A stretch of 64,000 nt of DNA from Desulfobacterales bacterium (GCA_046483495.1 JAWODC010000049.1:70939-134938); one strand, 5' to 3'; shown: positions 40,563 through 50,497, counted from the stretch's first letter. The notes: generated by a model from the sequence alone, not told the origin. Numbers and translations are program-made.

Positions 40563-42983
40563 TCATGCTGGAAGGGCGGCGTTGAACCTGCGGATGATAG
40601 TGTCGGCTATTGATGTGTGGAGCACGTTGACTTCATCATCCGACAGGGTTCGCTCCGGTGACCTATAGGTTATCCTAAATGATATGCTTTTTTTGCCTTC
40701 CGGTAACTTCCGGCCCTCGAATATATCAAATAAATGAACATTTTCAACAAGTTTCTCGTCCATCCGCCTGACGGTTTCCAAAATGTTTTCGGATTCTATA
40801 TTCTTATCGACGATCAGGGTGACATCTCGAGCAACCGCCGGGTATTTCGGCAATGCACGGGAAAAAACCGCACCGGGAATGTGCAATAAAAGGGCACCCA
40901 GGTTAATTTCAAAGATATATGCCGTCTGTTTTAAGTCATAATGGTCAACCACCTCGGGATGAAGTTCCCCGACCCGCCCGACCTCATCCGTTTTCACGTC
41001 GATTTTGGCGGTATATCCCGGCCGGGTATAGCAGCAAGCGTCCGGCGGCATTCGGGTAAACCGGTAATGTTCGATTTTCAAGGCCGTAAACAGTCCCTCG
41101 ACAACGCCTTTAATGTCATAATAATCGCATGAAGGGGGTGTCGTCTGATGCCAGGTTTGTTCCGTCCGGACGCCGGTCCACAAACCGGCAAGCATTTCGA
41201 TCTCTTCAGGCAGATTATCATTGCCGTCTTCAATGAATGCCTTTCCGACCTCAAACAGCTTCAGATTGCTTTCGCGCCTTGCCAGGTTTCGATGTGTGGT
41301 CTGCAATAGGCCATAGAGAAGCTGGGTCCGCATATGCGTTTGCTCCTCCGTCAGCGGATTTAGGATGGCGACCGATCTTCTCCGGAAATCACCTTCGGGT
41401 ATCCTCAACGATGTCACGGCATTTTGGTCCATGAAACTGTAATTGACGGCTTCGGTAAATCCAAACCCCTTCATCAGGAGCTTGATTCTTTTTCTTAGAT
41501 CCAATTCCGGAGAATGCAGTTTCTGTTGCGGTGTACTTCCGGGAAATGTGGTGGGGATCTTTTGATATCCATACAGGCGGGCGACTTCCTCTGTCAAGTC
41601 AACCGGCCGTATTACATCGACTCTGAATGACGGCGGCCGCACCTTCATTTGGTCGTCATCGACCATTGATACTTCGAATTCTATGGATTTCAGCAGGCGG
41701 CGGACCGTTTCGGGGTCGATTTCGGTTCCCAGAGTGTCATTTGTTTCCCGAGCGCTCAGAGCAAGGGTTGCCGGCTTTATGGTTAGCGGATGTTCATCGA
41801 TGAGCCCCTCGACCATTTGTCCGCGGGTGATGTCCACCATCAAAGAGGCCGCCCGGTTTGCCGCATTTACCGTTCCTTCCGGATCCACACCCCTTTCGAA
41901 CCGGTGGCTGGCGTCGGTATACAGCCCCAACGCCTTGGATGTTTTCCGAATGCTTACCGGTGAAAAGTAGGCGCTTTCAATCAGGACCCGCCGGGTGGTG
42001 CCGGTGATTTCCGAATTGAGCCCGCCCATGACGCCTGCCACGGCGACCGGTTTTCGGCCGTCACAAATCATCAGCATTCGGTCTGAAAGACGATGCTCTT
42101 TTTCGTCGAGCGTCGTAAAGGGTTCACCCTGATGAGCGCGGCGCACAACGATACGGTTTTCCGCCAGTCGGTCGTAATCAAAGGCATGCAGCGGTTGGCC
42201 GGTTTCCAGCATAACAAAATTCGTGATGTCGACGATGTTGTTGATCGGCCTCGTTCCCACGGAAAGAAGCCGGTCCTGGAGCCAGAAAGGGGATGGGGCC
42301 ACGGAAACGCCTTCGATCAGACGTGCGACATACCTCGGGCAGTCTTCCGGGGATTCGATCGTTACCGATGTTAATTGATGAATGCGGCTGCCTTCCCGAC
42401 CAGGGGATTCGAAGTTCGGATATCGAACCCGCCCCCCCTGGATGGCGGCGATTTCTCGGGCAACACCGAGGAGGCTTAAGCAATCGGGCCGATTGGGGGT
42501 CAAATCGATGTCCAGAACCGAATCGGAAAGGTTCAGCGCCCCGGCAAGGGGAGTGCCCGGATTGTAACCGGTATCCAAGACCAGAACACCGGATCGATCC
42601 GGTCCCAATCCGAGCTCTGCCTCGCTGCAGAGCATTCCTTCTGACATTTGGCCCCGGACGTCGCTTTTTTCAATGATTTGGCCGTGGGGCAACTCACTTC
42701 CGGGAAGCGCTGTGGCGACATAACGGTTTTTTTCGGCATTGGGGGCGCCGCATACCACCTGAATCAAGCGGTCGCCGATGTCCACTTCACAAATTTTCAA
42801 ATGATCGGCATTCGGATGAGCGGTTATGTGGATGATAAATCCGACGACCACCGACTGCAGATAATCATATCTATCCGCAACAATGTCTACTTCAAGGCCG
42901 ACCATGGTAAGGGCATCCACCAACCGTGGGATGTCCATTTCAATCGGGACGTAATCATTGAGCCAACTAACGCTAACTTTCAT
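40563..42983 (-). CDS. pheT: Phenylalanine--tRNA ligase beta subunit
   Basis: HPNAD.L, VCGAPN, LTPNRPDC, RFERGVD, EEVARLYGY, C-terminal FDX-ACB domain. Confidence 0.98.
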   Translation of the reverse strand: MKVSVSWLNDYVPIEMDIPRLVDALTMVGLEVDIVADRYDYLQSVVVGFIIHITAHPNADHLKICEVDIGDRLIQVVCGAPNAEKNRYVATALPGSELPHGQIIEKSDVRGQMSEGMLCSEAELGLGPDRSGVLVLDTGYNPGTPLAGALNLSDSVLDIDLTPNRPDCLSLLGVAREIAAIQGGRVRYPNFESPGREGSRIHQLTSVTIESPEDCPRYVARLIEGVSVAPSPFWLQDRLLSVGTRPINNIVDITNFVMLETGQPLHAFDYDRLAENRIVVRRAHQGEPFTTLDEKEHRLSDRMLMICDGRKPVAVAGVMGGLNSEITGTTRRVLIESAYFSPVSIRKTSKALGLYTDASHRFERGVDPEGTVNAANRAASLMVDITRGQMVEGLIDEHPLTIKPATLALSARETNDTLGTEIDPETVRRLLKSIEFEVSMVDDDQMKVRPPSFRVDVIRPVDLTEEVARLYGYQKIPTTFPGSTPQQKLHSPELDLRKRIKLLMKGFGFTEAVNYSFMDQNAVTSLRIPEGDFRRRSVAILNPLTEEQTHMRTQLLYGLLQTTHRNLARRESNLKLFEVGKAFIEDGNDNLPEEIEMLAGLWTGVRTEQTWHQTTPPSCDYYDIKGVVEGLFTALKIEHYRFTRMPPDACCYTRPGYTAKIDVKTDEVGRVGELHPEVVDHYDLKQTAYIFEINLGALLLHIPGAVFSRALPKYPAVARDVTLIVDKNIESENILETVRRMDEKLVENVHLFDIFEGRKLPEGKKSISFRITYRSPERTLSDDEVNVLHTSIADTIIRRFNAALPA

Positions 42984-42984
42984 T

Positions 42985-43992
42985 TTAGAAATGCCTTAAA
43001 AACCGAATATCATTTTCGAAGAATTTTCGGATATCATCGATCCGGTACTTCAGCATCGCGATGCGTTCCACCCCCATTCCGAAGGCGAATCCCCGGTAGC
43101 GGTCGGGGTCATATCCGACATTTTCAAAAACAGCCGGATGCACCATGCCCGATCCAAGGACTTCGAGCCAACCGGATTGGGAGCATACACGGCATCCATG
43201 CCCACGGCAGATAACACAGACGATATCGACTTCCGCACTGGGTTCTGTAAACGGAAAAAAGCTGGGTCTGAATCGCAGGCCGATCGACTCATCGAACATC
43301 TGGTGGACAAACGCAGTGAGAATTCCTTTGAGATCGCCGAAAGACGAGGTTTCATCCACCAAAAGCCCTTCCACCTGATGGAACATCGGTGTGTGGGTTA
43401 AGTCCGAATCACAACGATATACTTTGCCGGGTGATATGATGCGCAGCGGCGGAGAATGTTTCTCCATGACCCGTATCTGCATGGGCGATGTATGGGTTCG
43501 CAGAACGACATCTTCGGATACGAAAAAGGTGTCCTGCATATCGCGGGCGGGGTGATCCTTGGGAAAATTCAACGCTTCGAAGTTATACCAATCTTTTTCG
43601 ATCTCAGGCCCCTCAGCGATTTCGAACCCCAGTTTCGTAAAGATCCCGCAGATATCCCAGGTCGTTTGGGTTACAGGATGTATAGCGCCACTGCCTACCG
43701 GTCTTCCCGGCAGGGACACATCGATGCCGGCATCCTGTTCAAAAGCCTGTTGTTCAAGCCCGGCCCGAACTTTTTCGAACCGGTCTTCCAGGATTTTTTT
43801 GATCCGATTTGCTTCTTTTCCTGCTTGAGGACGACGTTCCGGCGGAAGAGTGGAAATATTTCTCAAATACCGGGACACGAGACCTTTTCGTCCCAGGTAT
43901 TTGACAGTGAGATCGTTCAGGCCGCTCAGATCCGATACCGATTCGAGCTCTTTTTCGGCATCGCTGTATATGTGTTCTATCGCAGTATCCAA
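42985..43992 (-). CDS. pheS: Phenylalanine--tRNA ligase alpha subunit
   Basis: [32 protein letters not shown]. Confidence 0.98.
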   Translation of the reverse strand: MDTAIEHIYSDAEKELESVSDLSGLNDLTVKYLGRKGLVSRYLRNISTLPPERRPQAGKEANRIKKILEDRFEKVRAGLEQQAFEQDAGIDVSLPGRPVGSGAIHPVTQTTWDICGIFTKLGFEIAEGPEIEKDWYNFEALNFPKDHPARDMQDTFFVSEDVVLRTHTSPMQIRVMEKHSPPLRIISPGKVYRCDSDLTHTPMFHQVEGLLVDETSSFGDLKGILTAFVHQMFDESIGLRFRPSFFPFTEPSAEVDIVCVICRGHGCRVCSQSGWLEVLGSGMVHPAVFENVGYDPDRYRGFAFGMGVERIAMLKYRIDDIRKFFENDIRFLRHF

Positions 43993-44157
43993 TTTCCTGT
44001 CTCAATATCCAAATCCAACATGTTTGCCGCTGCAATGGCGGGAAAGGCGCCCCCCTTGTATTGCCGCGGCAACGGCATCGCCGCTGCGCAAATCAGCAGT
44101 TTCCCGCTGCGCATCTGCGGTACAAACCATCGGATAAGTTGTTAAGGGGGGAGGCGA

Positions 44158-44508
44158 CTACATCTGCTGCGAGGCCAGTTCGGCAATCCGGGAAAAGCCC
44201 TTAGGATCCGACACGGCGAGTTCCGCGAGCACTTTTCGATCCAACGATACATCGGCCAGCTTCAACCCGTGTATGAGTTTGCTGTATGTCAGATTATTCA
44301 TTCTGGCAGCAGCGTTTATCCGAGCAATCCAGAGGCTCCTGAATTCTCGTTTTCTGACTTTACGATCCCGGTACGAATACATCAGCGCCTTGTCCACGGC
44401 ATCCGCCGCGGTGCGGAAAAGCTTGCTTCTGCCTCCACGGAATCCCTTGGCCAGTCTCAAAATCTTTTGCCGTCGTTTCCTGGCCTTAAATCCTCGTTTG
44501 ACTCTCAT
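44158..44508 (-). CDS. rplT: 50S ribosomal protein L20
   Basis: MRVKRG...[15 protein letters not shown]...LDRKVLA. Confidence 0.98.
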   Translation of the reverse strand: MRVKRGFKARKRRQKILRLAKGFRGGRSKLFRTAADAVDKALMYSYRDRKVRKREFRSLWIARINAAARMNNLTYSKLIHGLKLADVSLDRKVLAELAVSDPKGFSRIAELASQQM

Positions 44509-44537
44509 ATTCCATCTCCTTAAACTGAAGCCGCCGT

Positions 44538-44735
44538 CTATTCGTTGGGTAGAAGGCGTTTTATCTCTTTCATATCCACTTTTTTGCTGATTTGGCTTTG
44601 GCGAAGCGAACGTTTACGTTTCGTTGATTTTTTTGTCAAGATGTGATTGGCGTTCGCTTTTGAAAAAACGAATTTTCCGCTGCCGGTTTTTTTAAACCGT
44701 TTCGCCGCTGCACGATTTGTTTTTATCTTCGGCAT
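44538..44735 (-). CDS. rpmI: 50S ribosomal protein L35
   Basis: [29 protein letters not shown]. Confidence 0.97.
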   Translation of the reverse strand: MPKIKTNRAAAKRFKKTGSGKFVFSKANANHILTKKSTKRKRSLRQSQISKKVDMKEIKRLLPNE

Positions 44736-44856
44736 TGCTTTCTCTCCTTTAATAAAAATAGATGGCGCGAGCAAAATCGCCGTCCCGGCTCACGCCATCT
44801 CTACCGGAAAAAATTCAACGACGGATTCAAGATCCGTCGAAAGCATACATTTGTCA

Positions 44857-44900
44857 GGGCCTATCCGGGGGTGAATCAGCCATTTCCGGACGGGCACTTA
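44857..44900. repeat. Second, shorter copy of the CATCCGGAAA repeat family
   Basis: Minus strand TAAGTGCCCGTCCGGAAATGGCTGATTCAC, 26/30 identical to 32394-32423. Confidence 0.55.
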
Positions 44901-44917
44901 TTAAGAAGGAATCCCTG

Positions 44918-45457
44918 TCAAGGTTTCGGCGACAGTATCATGGCCATCGTCCTGCCTTCCATTTTAGGCTGCTGTTCGACAATGGCGACATCCTGGGTTT
45001 CTTCCGCGATTTTTTGGAGTATATCGACGCCCATCTCAGCAAGCGTTATTTCACGCCCTCTGAACATGACGGTAACTTTTACCTTATCCTTTTTATCAAT
45101 GAATTTTTTAATATGACCGATTTTCGTATTCAGATCGTGCTCGCCGGTTTTCGGCCGCACCTTTATTTCCTTGACCTGAAAGGTGCTTTGCTTCTTCTTG
45201 GCTTCCTGTTTTTTCTTGGTCTGCTCATACTTATACCGGCCGTAATCCATTATTTTGCAGACCGGTGGGGTCGCATTGGGTGATACTTCCACTAGGTCAA
45301 GACCATGGTCTCCCGCTACGGCAAGCGCTTTGTAAGTCGGAATAATGCCGACCTGACCGCCGTCAGGTCCGATGACCCTGACCTCTTTTGCTCTGATTTC
45401 CCTGTTAACATTTACTTTGTCTACTTTGCTCGGCCGGATTGTACGCTTTTGAACTAT
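44918..45457 (-). CDS. infC: Translation initiation factor IF-3, non-canonical AUA start
   Basis: AGGAGGTGAAGC-ATA in frame; VNREIRAKEVRVI...LDLVEVSP...PVCKIMDYG...VKEIK.RP. Confidence 0.95.
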   Translation of the reverse strand: MVQKRTIRPSKVDKVNVNREIRAKEVRVIGPDGGQVGIIPTYKALAVAGDHGLDLVEVSPNATPPVCKIMDYGRYKYEQTKKKQEAKKKQSTFQVKEIKVRPKTGEHDLNTKIGHIKKFIDKKDKVKVTVMFRGREITLAEMGVDILQKIAEETQDVAIVEQQPKMEGRTMAMILSPKP

Positions 45458-45709
45458 GCTTCACCTCCTGGTTTAGACTTCATCATCGAACAAACTCTTT
45501 CCAAGCGGCGCGATCCGATGCTGGTCAAGAATTTCGTCGCTTTGGTTAAATATAAGACAATATTATGGAATGCAAGAAAAAAATCAAGAAAAATCCCCCC
45601 TAAAACGATCAGTCGATAAAGGTTCTCGAAAGAAACCATTTGCCTAAAATTACACGATATCCCATTGGTATGCCGAGGCCGCCGTAAAAATTCGCGAACG
45701 ATAAAGGGA

Positions 45710-46222
45710 TTACTGGTTCAGTGTATAGCGCGCTAAAAGACTTTCTTTCCAATACGAGTTCTCGGGTTCGCGGAAAAAACGTTTGAACAGGTCCAGGCTT
45801 TCTTCTCTCAAGATATTCGGAACAATCGTGATGCTCCGGTCCCGGTATAACGAACCCAAAGCCGACAAGTCACACGAAGTGGCACCCCCCATGGCATCTT
45901 CATAACCGTAGACGATTTTGCCGATGCCGTTGATCAAAATGCATCCGAAGCACATCAGGCAGGGTTCCATTGTCGAAAAAACCGTGATACGGCTTGCATC
46001 CATATCCTGCAATGATCCTGATAATTTCCTCAACGCAGTGATTTCCGCGTGATCGATTTCATTTGAAAACCTGCCCGTCGAATGGCGGCGAAATCCTTCC
46101 GCGATGATCCTGTCCTCGTAAACCAGCACGCACCCCACGGGAAATTCTTTGGCCGCCAGCGCCTTTTCGGCGAGACGAAGCGCCTGCTTCATGTAGTATT
46201 CGTAATCCATGCGTCTATTCAC
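45710..46222 (-). CDS. Nucleoside deaminase (TadA-like zinc deaminase)
   Basis: EFPVGCVLV, HAE, TMEPCLMC. Confidence 0.88.
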   Translation of the reverse strand: MNRRMDYEYYMKQALRLAEKALAAKEFPVGCVLVYEDRIIAEGFRRHSTGRFSNEIDHAEITALRKLSGSLQDMDASRITVFSTMEPCLMCFGCILINGIGKIVYGYEDAMGGATSCDLSALGSLYRDRSITIVPNILREESLDLFKRFFREPENSYWKESLLARYTLNQ

Positions 46223-46793
46223 CCGGGGAAATCGGTCGACAGGCGGAAATCCCTTCTATGTCATCGCACGGACAACTGTCATCGATGAGAAATGCATATA
46301 GAATGCGGGATTCCAATTCAAGCTGCTTGTCCGGCACCTTTCGAAAATCGGCGGTTTCGGCCAAAGCCGTCAAGCGGGATCGAGAGGGGATGCCGTCCAG
46401 CCCCGAGCCGATAACGGCACCGGTTCGGCCGTCAAGAATATCGGCATCCTCACCATTGGTAACTACGACCAACGGAATGTAATGGCCGGCCAAAATCCTG
46501 GACAAGGCCAGCCCGGATCGATGGCGGGTAACCAACGATCCGGGTCCGTATTGGAGGGTCATCAGGTACCTGTCCGACAGGCGGACGGCGAAATCCAGAA
46601 TAACCGTCGCCCTTTTATCACCGGCTTTGGCGATGACCGGCAATCGCCGCGTTAGATCCGACCTGCGATATCCGCAGGTTTCGACAAGGAATTCGGCCAA
46701 CTTTTGGCGATATTGTTCATCATGGGTGTTCTGAATCACCTCTCCGGTGATAAAATCGACCGTTTCCCCGATAATTAGATGGTGTGCGCTCAT
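46215..46793 (-). CDS. Stand-alone type I restriction HsdR N-terminal-like domain protein
   Basis: DFITG....THDEQYRQKLA.FLV...GY, ..P.VVVTNG.DA; 192 aa, Cys-rich tail. Confidence 0.6.
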   Translation of the reverse strand: MSAHHLIIGETVDFITGEVIQNTHDEQYRQKLAEFLVETCGYRRSDLTRRLPVIAKAGDKRATVILDFAVRLSDRYLMTLQYGPGSLVTRHRSGLALSRILAGHYIPLVVVTNGEDADILDGRTGAVIGSGLDGIPSRSRLTALAETADFRKVPDKQLELESRILYAFLIDDSCPCDDIEGISACRPISPGE

Positions 46794-47090
46794 ATTGGTT
46801 CGTTATCAATGATGTCTGCTTGATACCAGGCAAAAATATATAACCTGTTGTTGAAAGTAAAGCATGAAATAGTGCTTTACAATTAAAATTAAGTATGTAT
46901 GGATAAACAGGTTCTATCGCACATGGAGTACAAGGGTGTTAAAAGGCGCATCAGGGTCAACCTCGGATCGAGAAAATGACACGTGCTGCAATCGGGGATA
47001 CGAAACGGGGTTCGAACATAAGCCGGTATCATAGAGAGACCGGGAAAAAAGGATTGGTTCGATTGTTTGAAAAAAGGTGTTTTTGGAATC

Positions 47091-48146
47091 ATGACCATAC
47101 GGGAAGATTTTGAAAAAAGAGAAAGGTCTTATCTCTCCAGGCACGGGTGCCTCAGTTCGGAATCGCGGGGCCGACGAAAACCTGAAGCATCGTGCTCGAT
47201 CAGGACCCAATTTCAGCGGGATAAAGACCGTATCGTCTATTCCAATGCCTTTAGACGATTGAAGCACAAGACGCAGGTGTTTCTGTCGCCGTTGGCGGAT
47301 GAATACCGGACCCGGTTAACCCACACCCTGGAAGTCGTTCGCATTTCAAGGGTGATTGCGCGTGCCATGCGCTTGAATGAAGATCTGACCGAAGCCATCG
47401 CCTTAGGCCATGATTTGGGTCACACACCTTTCGGGCACGGGGGCGAGACCGCATTGAAGGAAGTGTATTCCAGACATTTTTCTCACAACAAACAAAGCCT
47501 TCGGGTGGTGGATGTGCTTGAAAGGGATGGGAGAGGCCTGAATCTCACCTACGAGGTGCGGGACGGGATATTGAAACATTCCAAGGGTCAAGGAAAAATT
47601 CTGCCGGACAGGAAAAACGAACTGCCCTGCACCAGTGAAGGTCGCGTGGTCCGAATCGCCGATATTATGGCCTATTTGAACCATGACCTGGACGACGCCG
47701 TGAGAAGCGGGGTCATACACGCCGATCAGATACCGCGCGTGTGCTTGGAAAATATCGGCAAAACGCACTCCCAGCGCGCCGCAACCATGATAAAGGATTT
47801 GATTTCCTCGAGCCGTGAGGTCGAAGGGGAGCTCATACTGACCATGAGCGATGAGGTTTTCGGTTCCATGATCGTACTCAGGGAGTTTTTATATGATAAT
47901 GTTTATCGCTCTTCGCAAGTCCATGGCGAATTCATCAAAGCCAAAAAAATCATTATCGAACTCTATGGTTACCTTTTGGAAAATGATGAGGTACTGATGT
48001 CCGAGTTGTCTAAAATGGGAATTTCCGAATGCCGGAACCGAAATCGGTCCAGGGAACGCACGGTATGCGACCTTATCGCCAGCATGACGGACCGGTATGC
48101 GATGACCCTTTACAAAACGATTTTTTTCCCCTCTCAATTGTTTTAG
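47091..48146 (+). CDS. dgt: dGTP triphosphohydrolase-like HD protein
   Basis: FQRD.DRI..S.AFRRLKHKTQVF, RTRLTHTLEV, HDLGHTPFGH.GE, MTDRYA. Confidence 0.92.
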   Translation: MTIREDFEKRERSYLSRHGCLSSESRGRRKPEASCSIRTQFQRDKDRIVYSNAFRRLKHKTQVFLSPLADEYRTRLTHTLEVVRISRVIARAMRLNEDLTEAIALGHDLGHTPFGHGGETALKEVYSRHFSHNKQSLRVVDVLERDGRGLNLTYEVRDGILKHSKGQGKILPDRKNELPCTSEGRVVRIADIMAYLNHDLDDAVRSGVIHADQIPRVCLENIGKTHSQRAATMIKDLISSSREVEGELILTMSDEVFGSMIVLREFLYDNVYRSSQVHGEFIKAKKIIIELYGYLLENDEVLMSELSKMGISECRNRNRSRERTVCDLIASMTDRYAMTLYKTIFFPSQLF

Positions 48147-48254
48147 ACATGTGTTTTAGACATGAGGTGGTCATGAACGAAACTTTCGGCTTTTATATCG
48201 AGGTAAAGCGATATCCTGAGCCTTTAGGCGATAAACGAAAAGATAGATAAAGGT

Positions 48255-48869
48255 ATGACGGAGATCGAGGGAAAAGAGCATTATGAGTCGCTGAAGGCGA
48301 TTTTTTCGGAGTTCAGAGGCCGCTTGGAGCGGATTTATACGGAAATGGACGACCGTTACCATGCCGTTGCAAATGTGTATGGATTCACATGCGGGGGATG
48401 CGCTGAAAGCTGCTGCGAAACCCTTTTTTACCACCACACCCATATGGAATATGTCTACCTGCTGGAAGGATTTTTTTCCCTGGATCCGGATCTGCAAAGC
48501 CGTATCCTACAAAAGGCAATCGCCTGTAAACGCAAGCGAACGGAATCGGATCACACTGCGGTCAGAATAATGTGTCCACTGAATCGGGACGGTTTGTGCT
48601 TGATTTATTCCCACCGCCCTATGATTTGCCGCCTTCACGGCCTTCCCCATGAACTGTGCCGACCGGGGCGGCCCGTTTCCTATGCCCCGGGATGCGACGC
48701 GTTTTACCGGCAATGCGGCGACAGGGCGTATGCTCCGTTTGACCGCACGCCGTTTTACCGGCAAATGGCGCAGGTGGAAAATGATCTGCGGCGCTCCGCG
48801 GGTTTGTACGGCAAGTTTAAAATGGATATTTCAGCTATGCTGATTACGATAGGAAGCAATCGCTTATGA
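48255..48869 (+). CDS. YkgJ/CxxCxxCC-family cysteine-cluster protein (divergent type)
   Basis: CGGCAESCC...CPLN...C.IY.HRP.ICR.HG. Confidence 0.8.
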   Translation: MTEIEGKEHYESLKAIFSEFRGRLERIYTEMDDRYHAVANVYGFTCGGCAESCCETLFYHHTHMEYVYLLEGFFSLDPDLQSRILQKAIACKRKRTESDHTAVRIMCPLNRDGLCLIYSHRPMICRLHGLPHELCRPGRPVSYAPGCDAFYRQCGDRAYAPFDRTPFYRQMAQVENDLRRSAGLYGKFKMDISAMLITIGSNRL

Positions 48870-49663
48870 AACTGATGGATTTAAAGGACATGGATCGTTT
48901 GCCGGGAAGGCGGATTCAGGCGGATGAAACCTTTTCGTTCAGGTGTCATCCGGACATTTCCTGCTTTAACCGGTGCTGCCGAAATCTCAACCTCATGTTG
49001 TATCCGTATGATGTGTTGAGGTTGAAAAAAAGACTGGGCATTTCGTCGGACCGGTTTATCAATGATTATATACATGTGGTTTTGCGGCCCTCGAGTTACT
49101 TTCCGGATGTTCTGCTCAAGATGGCCGAGAACGACGATAAACCGTGCCCGTTTCTCACCCCCTCGGGATGTTCGGTGTATTCGGACCGTCCCGATGCCTG
49201 CCGGACCTTTCCCCTCGAGCAGGGTGTTTATTTTCACGAACGAACCGATGATCCTTGTTTTTTTTACTTCTTGAGGCCGCCTGAATTTTGCCGGGGCCCG
49301 AATGAGGAGGTTTTCTGGACGCCGGAAGCCTGGATCAGGGATCAGGAAGCCGAAATTTACCGCAAAATGATGGTGGAGTGGGCGAAAATCAAGCGGTTGT
49401 TTTCGTCCGATCCCTGGGAGGGTCGCGGAATGGATCATCCAAAGGCGAAAATGGCCTTTATGGCGGCATACAACGTGGACCTGTTCCGTGAATTTGTATT
49501 CAACAGCACGTTTTTGAAGCGTTACCGGGTTGATCAAAATACCTTGAAAAAAATAAGGGCCGGCAGTGATACGGAGCTGATGCGGTTCGGATTTGAATGG
49601 ATCACGTTTTACACATGGGGAATCCGATCGACGCGGATCAGGCTGAAACAGAAATTTCGCTGA
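48866..49663 (+). CDS. YkgJ/CxxCxxCC-family cysteine-cluster protein
   Basis: FRCHPDISCFNRCC...CPFL...GC.VY.DRP.ACR.FP...FCRG. Confidence 0.88.
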   Translation: MKLMDLKDMDRLPGRRIQADETFSFRCHPDISCFNRCCRNLNLMLYPYDVLRLKKRLGISSDRFINDYIHVVLRPSSYFPDVLLKMAENDDKPCPFLTPSGCSVYSDRPDACRTFPLEQGVYFHERTDDPCFFYFLRPPEFCRGPNEEVFWTPEAWIRDQEAEIYRKMMVEWAKIKRLFSSDPWEGRGMDHPKAKMAFMAAYNVDLFREFVFNSTFLKRYRVDQNTLKKIRAGSDTELMRFGFEWITFYTWGIRSTRIRLKQKFR

Positions 49664-49678
49664 TGTCCGGAAACGAGG

Positions 49679-50497
49679 TCATTCGATTGAAAGAACTCCT
49701 TTCGGCATAGGGCCTATCTTTTCTCCGCCCAGCACATAACCTCCGTCGAGCCGTAGAACGCTTCCGGTCATAAACGGCGCATCTTTTATCAGAAAAAGAA
49801 ACGCATCGACAACGTCCGAAATAGAGCCGGATCTGCCCAAGAGGGTGTGATTGCGGACGGCCCTTTTTTGCTCGTCCGAAAGCAGGCCCCATCCCCGGGT
49901 TCCTTTACCGTGACGGGTCTCTACGATCCCCAGCATCAGTTCGTTGACCCGCACCTCCGGCGCTCCCATCCTGGCCCATGTCTCCGTCAAAAGGGAAATC
50001 CCGCGATTGGCGGCGGCGTACCCGTCATTGAATATGGCGCCGGCGGGACCGGCTCTTCCGACAATCCCCGCGATCGATGAGATGTTGATGACCGCTCCGT
50101 CCCCTGTTGATTTTAAATGAGGCAGGGCCGCATCGAACAGCCAGCGCTTGGCTCTGAGCGTGGTTTCCATCTCCAAGTCCCACTGGTCTTTCGTATAAGG
50201 TCCGTGGACGACGGGCCATCCGCCCCGTTCGATATTGTTGACGAGAATGTCCAGCCGCCCGAAATTTTCGACAACGGATTGAATGAGCCCCGGAATTTTC
50301 TCCGTATCCAGGAGATCGGCTTTCAGGATCAAATGGTCGGTATGCGCGAAATCGGCCTTCATCTCCGGAAGGCTTTCCTCCCAATCAAAATAGGTCAATG
50401 CAACTTTGACCCCCTGTTCGGCAAGGGCGAGGCCGATGCCTTTGCCGATACCCTTGACGGCACCGGTTATCAATGCCACTTTATTTTGAAGGTGCAT
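49679..50497 (-). CDS. Atypical SDR-family oxidoreductase
   Basis: TGAVKGIG, GRLDILVNN, INISS, but YAAAN instead of YxxxK. Confidence 0.85.
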   Translation of the reverse strand: MHLQNKVALITGAVKGIGKGIGLALAEQGVKVALTYFDWEESLPEMKADFAHTDHLILKADLLDTEKIPGLIQSVVENFGRLDILVNNIERGGWPVVHGPYTKDQWDLEMETTLRAKRWLFDAALPHLKSTGDGAVINISSIAGIVGRAGPAGAIFNDGYAAANRGISLLTETWARMGAPEVRVNELMLGIVETRHGKGTRGWGLLSDEQKRAVRNHTLLGRSGSISDVVDAFLFLIKDAPFMTGSVLRLDGGYVLGGEKIGPMPKGVLSIE

